From assembly GCF_026571515.1 (NCBI RefSeq), contig NW_026860036.1, forward strand, positions 248,001 to 300,933: a stretch of DNA of 52,933 nt, read 5' to 3'. Made by a program: the position numbers and the translations under genes. Source of the stretch: Ruditapes philippinarum (Eukaryota). Shown piece by piece: positions 1-13,300 of the stretch. Numbering within the stretch: the first letter of the stretch is position 1; the number at the start of each line of letters is the position of its first letter. The notes below the pieces were generated by a model, which did no database searches, was not told the origin of the DNA, and was given only the letters and a program-made list of their open reading frames with translations.

Positions 1-3000
1 GCCAGCCGGAATTGGCCAGATATGACCTGTATAGTACGATTTTCGGCTCACCGTCGGCAAAATACCAAGGTATTCCCGACGGACACACCTATACCCGCGG
101 ACACCCGGTCAGACCCCCTAACCATCCCACCATATGCGGTTCTGCGGAATTGAGTCTGGTCCCCACAGGGGCCAGCCGGAATTGGCCAGATATGACCTGT
201 ATAGTACGATTTTCGGCTCACCGTCGGCAAAATACCAGAGTATTCCCGACGGACACACCTATACCCGCGGACACCCGGTCAGACCCCCTAACCATCCCAC
301 CATATGCGGTTCTGCGGAATTGAGTCTGGTCCCCACAGGGGCCAGCCGGAATTGGCCAGATATGACCTGTATAGTACGATTTTCGGCTCACCGTCGGCAA
401 AATACCAGAGTATTCCCGACGGACACACCTATACCCGCGGACACCCGGTCAGACCCCCTAACCATCCCACCATATGCGGTTCTGCGGAATTGAGTCTGGT
501 CCCCACAGGGGCCAGCCGGAATTGGCCAGATATGACCTGTATAGTACGATTTTCGGCTCACCGTCGGCAAAATACCAGAGTATTCCCGACGGACACACCT
601 ATACCCGCGGACACCCGGTCAGACCCCCTAACCATCCCACCATATGCGGTTCTGCGGAATTGAGTCTGGTCCCCACAGGGGCCAGCCGGAATTGGCCAGA
701 TATGACCTGTATAGTACGATTTTCGGCTCACCGTCGGCAAAATACCAGAGTATTCCCGACGGACACACCTATACCCGCGGACACCCGGTCAGACCCCCTA
801 ACCATCCCACCATATGCGGTTCTGCGGAATTGAGTCTGGTCCCCACAGGGGCCAGCCGGAATTGGCCAGATATGACCTGTATAGTACGATTTTCGGCTCA
901 CCGTCGGCAAAATACCAGAGTATTCCCGACGGACACACCTATACCCGCGGACACCCGGTCAGACCCCCTAACCATCCCACCATATGCGGTTCTGCGGAAT
1001 TGAGTCTGGTCCCCACAGGGGCCAGCCGGAATTGGCCAGATATGACCTGTATAGTACGATTTTCGGCTCACCGTCGGCAAAATACCAGAGTATTCCCGAC
1101 GGACACACCTATACCCGCGGACACCCGGTCAGACCCCCTAACCATCCCACCATATGCGGTTCTGCGGAATTGAGTCTGGTCCCCACAGGGGCCAGCCGGA
1201 ATTGGCCAGATATGACCTGTATAGTACGATTTTCGGCTCACCGTCGGCAAAATACCAGAGTATTCCCGACGGACACACCTATACCCGCGGACACCCGGTC
1301 AGACCCCCTAACCATCCCACCATATGCGGTTCTGCGGAATTGAGTCTGGTCCCCCAGGGGCCAGCCGGAATTGGCCAGATATGACCTGTATAGTACGATT
1401 TTCGGCTCACCGTCGGCAAAATACCAGAGTATTCCCGACGGACACACCTATACCCGCGGACACCCGGTCAGACCCCCTAACCATCCCACCATATGCGGTT
1501 CTGCGGAATTGAGTCTGGTCCCCACAGGGGCCAGCCGGAATTGGCCAGATATGACCTGTATAGTACGATTTTCGGCTCACCGTCGGCAAAATACCAGAGT
1601 ATTCCCGACGGACACACCTATACCCGCGGACACCCGGTCAGACCCCCTAACCATCCCACCATATGCGGTTCTGCGGAATTGAGTCTGGTCCCCACAGGGG
1701 CCAGCCGGAATTGGCCAGATATGACCTGTATAGTACGATTTTCGGCTCACCGTCGGCAAAATACCAGAGTATTCCCGACGGACACACCTATACCCGCGGA
1801 CACCCGGTCAGACCCCCTAACCATCCCACCATATGCGGTTCTGCGGAATTGAGTCTGGTCCCCACAGGGGCCAGCCGGAATTGGCCAGATATGACCTGTA
1901 TAGTACGATTTTCGGCTCACCGTCGGCAAAATACCAGAGTATTCCCGACGGACACACCTATACCCGCGGACACCCGGTCAGACCCCCTAACCATCCCACC
2001 ATATGCGGTTCTGCGGAATTGAGTCTGGTCCCCACAGGGGCCAGCCGGAATTGGCCAGATATGACCTGTATAGTACGATTTTCGGCTCACCGTCGGCAAA
2101 ATACCAGAGTATTCCCGACGGACACACCTATACCCGCGGACACCCGGTCAGACCCCCTAACCATCCCACCATATGCGGTTCTGCGGAATTGAGTCTGGTC
2201 CCCACAGGGGCCAGCCGGAATTGGCCAGATATGACCTGTATAGTACGATTTTCGGCTCACCGTCGGCAAAATACCAGAGTATTCCCGACGGACACACCTA
2301 TACCCGCGGACACCCGGTCAGACCCCCTAACCATCCCACCATATGCGGTTCTGCGGAATTGAGTCTGGTCCCCACAGGGGCCAGCCGGAATTGGCCAGAT
2401 ATGACCTGTATAGTACGATTTTCGGCTCACCGTCGGCAAAATACCAGAGTATTCCCGACGGACACACCTATACCCGCGGACACCCGGTCAGACCCCCTAA
2501 CCATCCCACCATATGCGGTTCTGCGGAATTGAGTCTGGTCCCCACAGGGGCCAGCCGGAATTGGCCAGATATGACCTGTATAGTACGATTTTCGGCTCAC
2601 CGTCGGCAAAATACCAGAGTATTCCCGACGGACACACCTATACCCGCGGACACCCGGTCAGACCCCCTAACCATCCCACCATATGCGGTTCTGCGGAATT
2701 GAGTCTGGTCCCCACAGGGGCCAGCCGGAATTGGCCAGATATGACCTGTATAGTACGATTTTCGGCTCACCGTCGGCAAAATACCAGAGTATTCCCGACG
2801 GACACACCTATACCCGCGGACACCCGGTCAGACCCCCTAACCATCCCACCATATGCGGTTCTGCGGAATTGAGTCTGGTCCCCACAGGGGCCAGCCGGAA
2901 TTGGCCAGATATGACCTGTATAGTACGATTTTCGGCTCACCGTCGGCAAAATACCAGAGTATTCCCGACGGACACACCTATACCCGCGGACACCCGGTCA

Positions 3001-3490
3001 GACCCCCTAACCATCCCACCATATGCGGTTCTGCGGAATTGAGTCTGGTCCCCACAGGGGCCAGCCGGAATTGGCCAGATATGACCTGTATAGTACGATT
3101 TTCGGCTCACCGTCGGCAAAATACCAGAGTATTCCCGACGGACACACCTATACCCGCGGACACCCGGTCAGACCCCCTAACCATCCCACCATATGCTGTT
3201 CTACGGCCCCACAGGGGCCAGCCTGAATCAGCCAGATATGAGCTGTATAGTACGATTTTCGGCTCACCGTCGGCAAAATACCAGAGTATTCCCGACGGAC
3301 ACACCTATACCCGCGGACACCCGGTCAGACCCCCTAACCATCCCACCATATGCGGTTCTGCGGAATTGAGTCTGGTCCCCACAGGGGCCAGCCGGAATTG
3401 GCCAGATATGACCTGTATAGTACGATTTTCGGCTCACCGTCGGCAAAATACCAGAGTATTCCCGACGGACACACCTATACCCGCGGACAC
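1..3490. repeat. 170-bp satellite DNA array, about 20.5 near-identical GC-rich units (may continue left of the window)
   Basis: Exact 170-bp periodicity (GCCAGCCGGAATTGG at 1, 171, 341...). Variants are few: a change in unit 1, a 1-bp deletion near 1351, and a degenerate shortened unit near 3196-3245. Confidence 0.98.
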
Positions 3491-3983
3491 CCGGACACAC
3501 CATGGAAGAATGGAAGACGCTCATTTTTTAGGAATATATCTGATTTTTTTCATCTGAAGTACACTTGATATCGGTTATTCTGGCTAGCCTGAAGAACCAG
3601 ATATCGATGTGATTAGGAATTTGAAAATACATCATGAAATAAATGAATGGTCTTTTGCACAGGTTTTACTGTATCATTTCTGGCTAGCCTGTTCAGCCAG
3701 AACCGGATTCCGGCTAGCCGGAGTAGCCGGAACAACCGGATTAAACGAAAATATGTTCCGGCTGCTCCGGCTGTTCCGGCTGTCTGGCTAACTTCACGCA
3801 CATCGTTTCTTAGGCATATTGTTCCTTTAAAAATAAGTACATTTTAGCGCTAATTAAGATATTTTATGGTGTAATCAGCAGAAAAATAAAGAAAACCACT
3901 ACAAGCTAAAAATACAATTGGTAGGAATGAAAATTTAGCCTATAGATTTCGTTAAAATCATTAAAAACTTTAAAACTTTTTAC

Positions 3984-6900
3984 CGTAGAGTGTCCATATT
4001 CTTGTAGAATTGTTCCAAGTGTGAACAGGTTTTTCTCCGGCATATTAACACCTTCCAATCCTTTCTCATAGAACTTGCAACCACGTGGAATTCTCATATC
4101 TTTTTTATCCAATGACTCCATCCTATAGATATAAAACCATAAAATACAGCAGGGAATCGTTAATATACATATACTAAGTAATAGAAACAACCGTTTGTAC
4201 AGGGTCATATAACCTTTAAAAATCTTTATAACAAATAATATAGCTGAAATTTTAGGCAAAATACAGTCAAGCATATATCTAAATAACCCTATATGTATAA
4301 ATTAATTAAAAAAGATAATAAAAAAATTAACTTACGTTGGGTCAAAGGTTAAAACTTCACACCCAAATTGTTTGATTACTTTATCCTCAAAGTCAAACTG
4401 GTTGTTTGAACTGAAAAATAAAAATAAAATTCTAAAAAAGTAACAATAATTATAATTATATGACTTTACTTTTATAATATATAAATCCATGTACAATGTT
4501 AACATGGAGAGAGATATCCAACTTTGTTTAAACTTCGTGTCAATAAATCTTCTGTTCAATTATTTGATATTTAGATTGATGGCCCCAAACACATTTAATT
4601 GTTAATGATTGTGACTGTTAGACAGATCTCATCTATGTGAACAAAAATATATTTACGATATATATGGCCAAAGAAAAGTTATGAAAATATTGGGTAAACA
4701 AAGTGTGTAGAAGAACGAAATTCTGCTCACTCTTTCTTGACTTCGATTTTTATTGTTTTTCCGTCTAATGCAGCATGTATGTACTTCTTTTCATCCTTCC
4801 ATCTTCTAGAAAATGTAAATCGAACCGGATGTACTTGTATTTTAAATTTATTTGAAAATAAAATTTTGATATTTTTAAAATGCCTTTCTTTTATATCATA
4901 TGAGTGGTAAAATTGCTTAAAGTGTACTTGTAAATATTGTATAGAGCAGACAACTTCCGGTGATGAAAGTTGAATGAAAGTTTGATTACTTCTTTCTGAG
5001 AACTTATTCAAAGCAAAATTTTATTTATCAGGACACTGTTATTCCCCTGGTTGGAATAAATCACAAAAGCATTAGGCCTTATTTAACTGCAAAAATTTTT
5101 ATTCACATTTATTTTTATTCAGTATATAAGGACTTCTGCAAAAGATGCAAATCGAATGAATTATGTATGCAAATTGTATTATTTATTATTTGTAATTTTC
5201 TTTTAAGTTCACTGAAAAGTATAACATTTTCTGTCTAAAAAAGTAACTGATAAATGTTTGATGCTCTAAGCATTGTCTAGGAATTGCCAAAAAATCATCA
5301 AGAATGTGCATTTTGTTACCAGTTCGATTTACATGTTTCGCAGAAGCGGAAGTGATATTGAGGTTTCTACACACATCAAGATAAATATGCAAATGAAAGT
5401 ACAACGATGCAACCGCAAGGCTGATATTTGCATATGTAGACCAATATCTTGGAAACGGTCTCTTTGTATAATACATGTATTTGGTTTACATACTGTTTTC
5501 CAGTATTCGAAAATTTCGAATATGTGCAATTATCGAAATTCACTTTGTCACTTCATAAAACAGTTCTAGATTTTATCTTGGAAGACGTTCAAGCTAAAAA
5601 TTACGAATTCACAGATTTAAGTCCATGAATGACCACAGCAGGAAAAAACTTTTTTCTCTCACTTTTTGTCAATTCGTCAAAATAAAATAATCATTGGATC
5701 TATGGCGCTGTAAATTTGTTGAAAAATTTAACAGTTTTTGGTTTCCGTCTTATTTAAACGGTATGGAGTGACATCATGTAAAATTGTAACAATCGGAAAG
5801 ATGTTTTTTTAAAAGGAAAGAAAAATGTTGATGTTTTACCCGAACGAATAAACGAGGCACGGTGATCTCGGGCGGATAATTTCGTCAACGCATACTTCCT
5901 TACCCCCGTCAGTTATTACCCCTGTCCTCTTGTGATTCCTGCACATAATTTGGAACGAGTTGATGTACCTAGTGTATAAAGAATACATATCATACCTGAA
6001 CATGAATATTAAGAACTAAATTAACTTTATATATGTGTGAAGTCGGCGGCCTAGCTGCGTAAAAGTGTCGACCGAGCGGTCTAAACCTTTTGTCCTGTAC
6101 TATAAGAAGGACTGAAACGTCTCTTTACGGAGTTCTTAAGACATTTCTTGTTATTTAAAAGATCTATAAGCAGAAAAATCACTATGAAAGAATCAAAGAA
6201 ACTCGTTTTGAGAGAAAAGATTATTAGTATTTAATATACTGCTACAAGTAATAGGTTCAATTTCTGAATGTTGGGTAATGTATTTGCTATGCCATAAATT
6301 CTGAACAGCCATTCCGACTCTTAAAAGAACTCCTCTGAGGTCCAAAAGCTTATAAATAGCATAAAAAATCAATTTGTTATATTAATCAGTTGGGGGAATG
6401 CATGCAAATGATAATTTAGAAATACACACAGAAATAAATTGAACATCATAGTTTTGTGCTATTCATTGCCCGATTTGAGTGAAAAGCGTTGTAACGCTTT
6501 TCAATTTTGGGTCAATTTTCACAATAAGAATAATTATTCTGGAAAAGTGTAGTGAGTGAATGATCAGAAATTTTGCACACAAGGTTTTGAACATTAATTC
6601 AGAAAAAATAGTTCCTGTTCCGTCATGTCAAAAACATCAGTGAAGTCCTTTAAGATATTTCAATGTTGAAATACCAAAGTGAGCTACCGACATAAATAGA
6701 CCCTGTCCCTGGTCAGACTGTCCTGAAATGCAGGCCAAATGCTTGGCTGTATACTAGGTACAAGGTTGACCCTTTTGTTACGAACAGGTTAATGGTGAAA
6801 GGCATGTTGAACATCGATCACCAGTTAATAGTTTCTTCAAAAATGATTACATTTGTTATTTTTATAATTAAGTCTGGTATATTTGTTCTGTCTTTTAAAT

Positions 6901-8412
6901 AAACTTATCAAAAACCTACTTTGTGAAAATGTCCACAAGCTGGCTATCCGATAACCGCTCAAGTTGTTGGTCGTCTGGTATCAAAAACTGATCACTGTAT
7001 GGTCCAACTGTTATGACGTCACCGGTGCCAACTCTCATGGACACAAGGCTAAGTGTATACACTGTAAAGCAAAATAGAGTAAAATCAGCTTAAACAGGAA
7101 TGTTAACATGGCAAACACATTCAACTATTTTGCTGATATTTTGGTTTATTTTATCTTTACTAGGTACAATATGTGCAGCCATGTCAATGTCTCATTTAGC
7201 TATGTTTGGATAGCATTTACAGCAAACCTAGACTTTTAATGAATGATATATTATTATTCGACAACAGAACGTGTAAATATATGCATAGTAATAATAGGAA
7301 TCATTATTTATGCTATGACAATTAATGTGCACCTTTCCAACTTTGGTAGCTGTTTTGATTATATAAGTAATTATATGCCAAAATGTCATTACGTTGATGT
7401 ATATCCGCCCGTTTGGAGATAAAAAGAAGAAATAAAGAAAAACATCAAGAATGAAATCGAGTCGCATCTGGCAGGCACGCGGACGAGCTTAGTCCATTTT
7501 ATTCCGGGACATATCTTCTATATGCATGAAGTGATTCTTCTATTACTTTATACAAATGTTTTCCACCATGACGCAGTTTTTCAAGCATGTATCAAGTCTC
7601 TAGTACAAATATCAAGGTCTCACATTATGTGCAATGTTTTTAGTATAGCTCGTATAACATTACTCGGGTATAACTCGTCACAAATATTCACTTATTATAT
7701 TCAGATCCCTGAGACCAAGGTCAAGTTCATATGTAGAGGTCATATGTCGGATAAAAATATGAAAATGAGTGTACGGACAAGGAAGATGCCTTGAATTGAG
7801 ACATTATATTACAAATGTTCACAATCATGAGACTAAGTGTTACCAGCATAATCCAAGTCTAAACTAGTGTATGGAGTCAAGGACACTAGAAACAATATCT
7901 CCAGACTTTTTCATGTGCATATCTCCTGTATGCATGGATGCATTTTTTCATTACTTAAAGAATTGCTCGGAATCATGAGGCGTACTGTCGCGCACATTAA
8001 CCAGGGCTTTTATGAATCCGGCTAAATGTATCTATGTCAAACGTTAAGGTCATATTAAGAAATCAAAGGTTAACTTGTCGGCAGCAAAACTCCTACATGT
8101 ATTTGGTTATTTCATTATATGCTTGAAAAATTCAGGTCCCTGTCAGAAGGTCATATGCAAAGCTCACAGATCAGCAAAAAATCGAAAGATAGGGATACTA
8201 ATGTAAATGTTCACCACAACTGGACTGAAAAAAGACGGGCGTTTTTTGTATGTCAATGGTATATACTTGTTGGTGTATAGTAGTTAATATGCAAACAATT
8301 GTAAATACTCACAAATACACATGAATATCAAGATGACAAAGGCTTGGAAGATACTCGTGGAGAAACATTTCCTTATACTGCAAGTTGAAAAACTTCGTTC
8401 TATTTTGTACAT
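3984..8412 (-). CDS. METTL24-like (Methyltransf_22 family) type-II membrane methyltransferase, 5' part (195 codons visible; 3' exons not in the window)
   Basis: Exons 8412-8313, 7061-6920, 5968-5840, 4410-4336 and 4122-3984, all GT-AG with compatible phases (1,2,2,2,0). Protein: MYKIERS...FQAFVILIFMCILYTLSLVS (signal anchor)...FLIPDDQQLERLS...YINSFQIMCRNHKRTGVITDGGKEVCVD...PCLVYSFGSNNQFDFE...GCEVLTFDPT...FYEKGL...TLGTILQEYGH. DGG-x-x-VC, CLVYSFG and GCEV-x-x-FDP are METTL24-family motifs. Confidence 0.85.
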
Positions 8413-8705
8413 TATCTGGCAGTTTGTCTGAAAATATATCAGTTATATGGATATTTAAATTCTTCAATTCGTTTTAATTTCGCTGCGAAAATTAATGTTT
8501 CATTTCCTTTAATAAAAGGTGTACATTTTAACGTAAATTTTTACTTTCTTCAAAAACAGTTTTACTTTCTTAAACATAACTTTCGTGAACATCACTTTCA
8601 ATTTTTAAACAACGATTTCACCCCTTAAATATCAATTTCTCTAACGTTAGTTTCGCTAAACCTTATTTATAATGTGTCATTATAAAAATACCAAAAATGA
8701 TCATA

Positions 8706-8743
8706 AACAACAACAACAATAACAACAACTACAACAACAACAA
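8706..8743. repeat. (CAA)n microsatellite
   Basis: aacaacaacaacaataacaacaactacaacaacaacaa. Confidence 0.85.
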
Positions 8744-9653
8744 GGAAGTAAGTGATACAAAAAAAAAATCAAATACATGTATTGCGTTCAGGTAAGTATA
8801 TGTAATCTATTCTTTATATTTAAGATTCAATATATTTCGGCTTACATAAACCTGTGAATAGAAAGAATAGAACTTAAGTCGATAAACTCATATTACAAAG
8901 TTATAAATGTACAAATAATGTACAAATTATATTTAGAATAATAATAAATCGCTGTAAAAGAACAGTTGTAAGATTGAAAGTAAGATAAACGTGATTACAC
9001 ACTTCACAAGTACTGGGAAAGTCCAAGAATTTTTTTTATCATATTCTATTAAAACAGAATATAAAGAACTTTTATTACTAGACTTATACAAATGTACATT
9101 GTCTTGTTAACATGCATAAATACAACGCAATCACATAACATATGTAAGACGAGTGTTTATAATAAATAAAAAGCTTACAATAAAAAACGCACAAATTTAC
9201 TAAGAGGATAACTACAATTGAGAGTTCAAAACTGTATATTAATAAGTTCTTCAAATCATCGATAACACGTCGTAAACGAACATTTCAAAATATTGAGGAC
9301 CGTTGAAGAGAAAGTACTCAATTGGAGTGTTAAATGTAAACATATAAAATTATATAAAATCAAAATTATTTAATTAGTAAAATACAAACCTCATCTGATA
9401 TCCACCCTCCGAAGTGTAAAATAAAAATAACTGTATATGAAGCCCTGAGGTCAAACGTCACATACTTGTAATGATTGACAGTTAAACTTGCAATGTCCGG
9501 TTACCTACATATCAGTAATACGGGTAGATATGTATATTCTAACTCATTACAGTGTTTTATCAATTATAGATGTTTATATTACATCTGAAACATTCATCTT
9601 AAATGTATTTTGATTTAAATGAAGGCAAAAACAAAACACTTTTTTGCATTATC

Positions 9654-9827
9654 NNNNNNNNNNNNNNNNNNNNNNNNNNNNNNNNNNNNNNNNNNNNNNN
9701 NNNNNNNNNNNNNNNNNNNNNNNNNNNNNNNNNNNNNNNNNNNNNNNNNNNNNNNNNNNNNNNNNNNNNNNNNNNNNNNNNNNNNNNNNNNNNNNNNNNN
9801 NNNNNNNNNNNNNNNNNNNNNNNNNNN
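9654..9827. other. assembly gap (N run)
   Basis: Run of n. Confidence 1.
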
Positions 9828-10339
9828 AACCTACACGAATGTAATGTTCTATTTATCACGTATACCCAAAATAAAAACAGTAAGATATACAGATATGTAG
9901 ATAAAAAGATGTTATCTATGTCTCTGTTATGCAAAAGAATATTTTTTATTCACGCGCTGTATAATGTAAATGACAGTAAAAACGTACTACATGGTCGTGC
10001 ATATATATTACCCTATCTACTAACCGAAATCATATTTAATGACGTAGCTAGTGCTCAACTTGTCTTTTTAACATTTTACTATTTAAAATCAATCTTTAAA
10101 AAAATTTAAAACGCTTAATGCAAAAAGTATTGAATTTCTCTTCCTCGTCTTTTTGCTATTAACATATCGACTACCTAAAACAAATCTATTGTTTAAGTTA
10201 ATCGGAGCAAATGCACGTCTAAAACAAACGTTAAACTTTCTCTAACTTTCTCTAGTCAACCATTCATTAATCAAGTTGATTATTCAGTTAACAATATAGT
10301 ATTTATGTGTATGTACATCTAGTGGAAGATAAAAATACT

Positions 10340-13300
10340 ATGTTTAAACTTGTGTTTTTGTATTGGCTCGTTTTAGTCTTCAAAGATACTATTTTCTCGA
10401 CTAGTAGAGGTTAGTTAACGTTTTTAGTTTTTTGTTTTCATTAAATTTGATAAAATGACGAAAAGTTTCTTTAATTCCAGTGACAGAAAAAAAGGAAAAA
10501 ATCCACGTGATTTAAAAACATAATACGTCCTTTTAGGGATAATAAATAAAGAATAAATCATATCTTACAGTTAAAAGGAGTAAAATAGCCTTCCTATTAC
10601 CGTTAATCTTTATTGGATTGAAAGAAGGAAAATTAAAAAAAAACAATTGAAAGACTGTCGAAAATCTTATTAAGTTTTGCTGCCTTACGCCTAACGTAAA
10701 AGCGCTATAATAAACATGTTATCTACGTAAAATGACAATAGCTCTAATATTCTGGTCCATTTGTAGTTTCAGCTATACCACTATTACCATGTTGTCGTAC
10801 AAACACAACATGTCGTGGCACAGGTCATGATAACCACTTTGATGTGGAATGCGGATTAGGGTATGCTATTGCAATATATAACATAACTGTTGGAACCAAA
10901 AGGATGTCAACAGGATGCCCAAACGCCTGGACTACACCTGTGAATGACTCGTCGTGTTGTGAAACGAATGAAGAAGACTGTATTTTCTTATTTGATTCAA
11001 ATGCAAATCAGATATATCACAACAAAATTAACGGAAATGAGGTTATATCTGGTCTTCCTGTAACAGGGAGTAACACCCCTGCTTCCTGCCAAGGAGGGAC
11101 TAACATATATTACAACTTAACAAACTACATGTACATCAATTATAACTGTATAAATCGTAAGTATTAAAGACCTACCCATATTTACAACAAACTACGTGAA
11201 ACTAAATTACTTTGTATAAATTCCAGTCAGATTTGTTGATTGGCTTAAGTTTTTTGTTGCTTGGTATGCAAACAATTCCGTTTCAGCCTGGAATATTATC
11301 ACAACAAAACAACAAAATTGCTAGGAAAACTGGAAATCGTACTTAACATAGCTTTTTGATTTACTAGAACTACAGATTTAGCCAGGGCTATAGATAAAAA
11401 TGTAAACTCAGCGCGCAGGTTTTAATTTATATATTTATTTTTTTACCATGAGCATACGATATCCTTAAATATTCGCTCTGTTTGAGTTTGAGCTAACGGC
11501 CAAGTTTCCTGATATGAACCATTACTGACTTTTACCAGGAAACGAACTCAAGAGTGGTTGAATGATAAGCTTTCATCACCAATCTGTTTAGTAAATATAT
11601 ATAAACACACGCTCGTATTTATTTAAGCATGTTTACATTAAAGGAACACACATATTTGACATGTTCAGTGACACTGGTGTGAAAGTCGTTGTTGAAGCAG
11701 AAGCCGTGTATATTTGGAGCAAAGACTATCCGAGCGTGATACAGGGAGACATGGATAGAGCGGCTTGTTCTATAGAAATAGATAACTGTGATGCTGGTAT
11801 TGAGATGTTCACATTAGACATATCTCTGTACTCATACAGGTCAGAAAAGTTCATTGAGTTGTCATTATTATCTGATGCTTACCGGAAGTTTTCGATCGAA
11901 ATAACAACATGCTTACTGTATGTGCGAGATCGACAAAAATGAAAAACAAAAACTAAACAAAAAACACAAAAAACATAGTATTATAACTGTCAGTTTCGTA
12001 TGGAAATGACCGAATGTAAACTTAAAGATTTATATTGTTAACCGTTTTTTCACAAGGAAATAACTATATGCAGACTGAAGTTGTATTAAATATGTAAAGA
12101 ACGTAAAGAAGTACGATGTTAATGCACGAAAAAAAGTTGCATTGAACAAAAGTATACGTCTGATTCGGTGATTCCAGAAAGTTCCGTTATATTNNNNNNN
12201 NNNNNNNNNNNNNNNNNNNNNNNNNNNNNNNNNNNNNNNNNNNNNNNNNNNNNNNNNNNNNNNNNNNNNNNNNNNNNNNNNNNNNNNNNNNNNNNNNNNN
12301 NNNNNNNNNNNNNNNNNNNNNNNNNNNNNNNNNNNNNNNNNNNNNNNNNNNNNNNNNNNNNNNNNNNNNNNNNNNNNNNNNNNNNNNNNNNNNNNNNNNN
12401 NNNNNNNNNNNNNNNNNNNNNNNNNNNNNNNNNNNNNNNNNNNNNNNNNNNNNNNNNNNNNNNNNNNNNNNNNNNNNNNNNNNNNNNNNNNNNNNNNNNN
12501 NNNNNNNNNNNNNNNNNNNNNNNNNNNNNNNNNNNNNNNNNNNNNNNNNNNNNNNNNNNNNNNNNNNNNNNNNNNNNNNNNNNNNNNNNNNNNNNNNNNN
12601 NNNNNNNNNNNNNNNNNNNNNNNNNNNNNNNNNNNNNNNNNNNNNNNNNNNNNNNNNNNNNNNNNNNNNNNNNNNNNNNNNNNNNNNNNNNNNNNNNNNN
12701 NNNNNNNNNNNNNNNNNNNNNNNNNNNNNNNNNNNNNNNNNNNNNNNNNNNNNNNNNNNNNNNNNNNNNNNNNNNNNNNTGTATGTCCGTCCGTCCGTCC
12801 ATCTATCTTTAAGCGTATGCATACTTTCAGTTTAAGATAGAAATTTTACTTATCGTACTTTTGAGGTCAAACTAACTACTAGTATATGCTAATGTTCATA
12901 GTATTTTTGATATCAAAACAAGTGTATGCTGACTGTAAGTTTTACATAGTAAATGCTTACTTAACTGATTTCTATGCTTACTGTTAATTTGATATGTAGA
13001 TAACCGTAAAACAACAGTCTCTCCCAGATATTAACAATTCAATTCAAATGTTGTTGCATTTTTTCGGCAAACCTTTGCCTTTGGCAATACATACAAAACA
13101 TACATAAATCACTAGAAATATGACTAACATTCAATACAAATATACAATGTTCACCTAAAATGCAGAAACATATTAAATCTACAATTCTTGCATTGTTTCT
13201 AAAACACTAGATCTTAATGCGAATGATTTATCTAGAAATTTACATAATTGCAATATTCTATTTTTGATCCTATCATGTTTTAGATAATGATAGATATCTA

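Noticed and set aside
1-3490. CRISPR array or tandem hammerhead retrozyme
   Set aside because: There are no unique spacers, the context is eukaryotic, and the unit has no CTGANGA...GAAA core on either strand.
1-3568. Dozens of repeated 60-234 aa ORFs
   Set aside because: They are by-products of a GC-rich 170-bp repeat (not a multiple of 3) with no protein features.
3570-3640. CTGAAGA as a hammerhead core
   Set aside because: No stem II/GAAA/stem III arrangement could be built; it sits inside a simple inverted repeat.
7480-8230. Degenerate AGGTCA-rich repeats, possible old HINE remnant
   Set aside because: Too decayed to define boundaries or termini.
9055-9330. Possible LINE 3' UTR remnant resembling 49780-49860
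   Set aside because: Only short similarity by eye; no ORF or TSD support.
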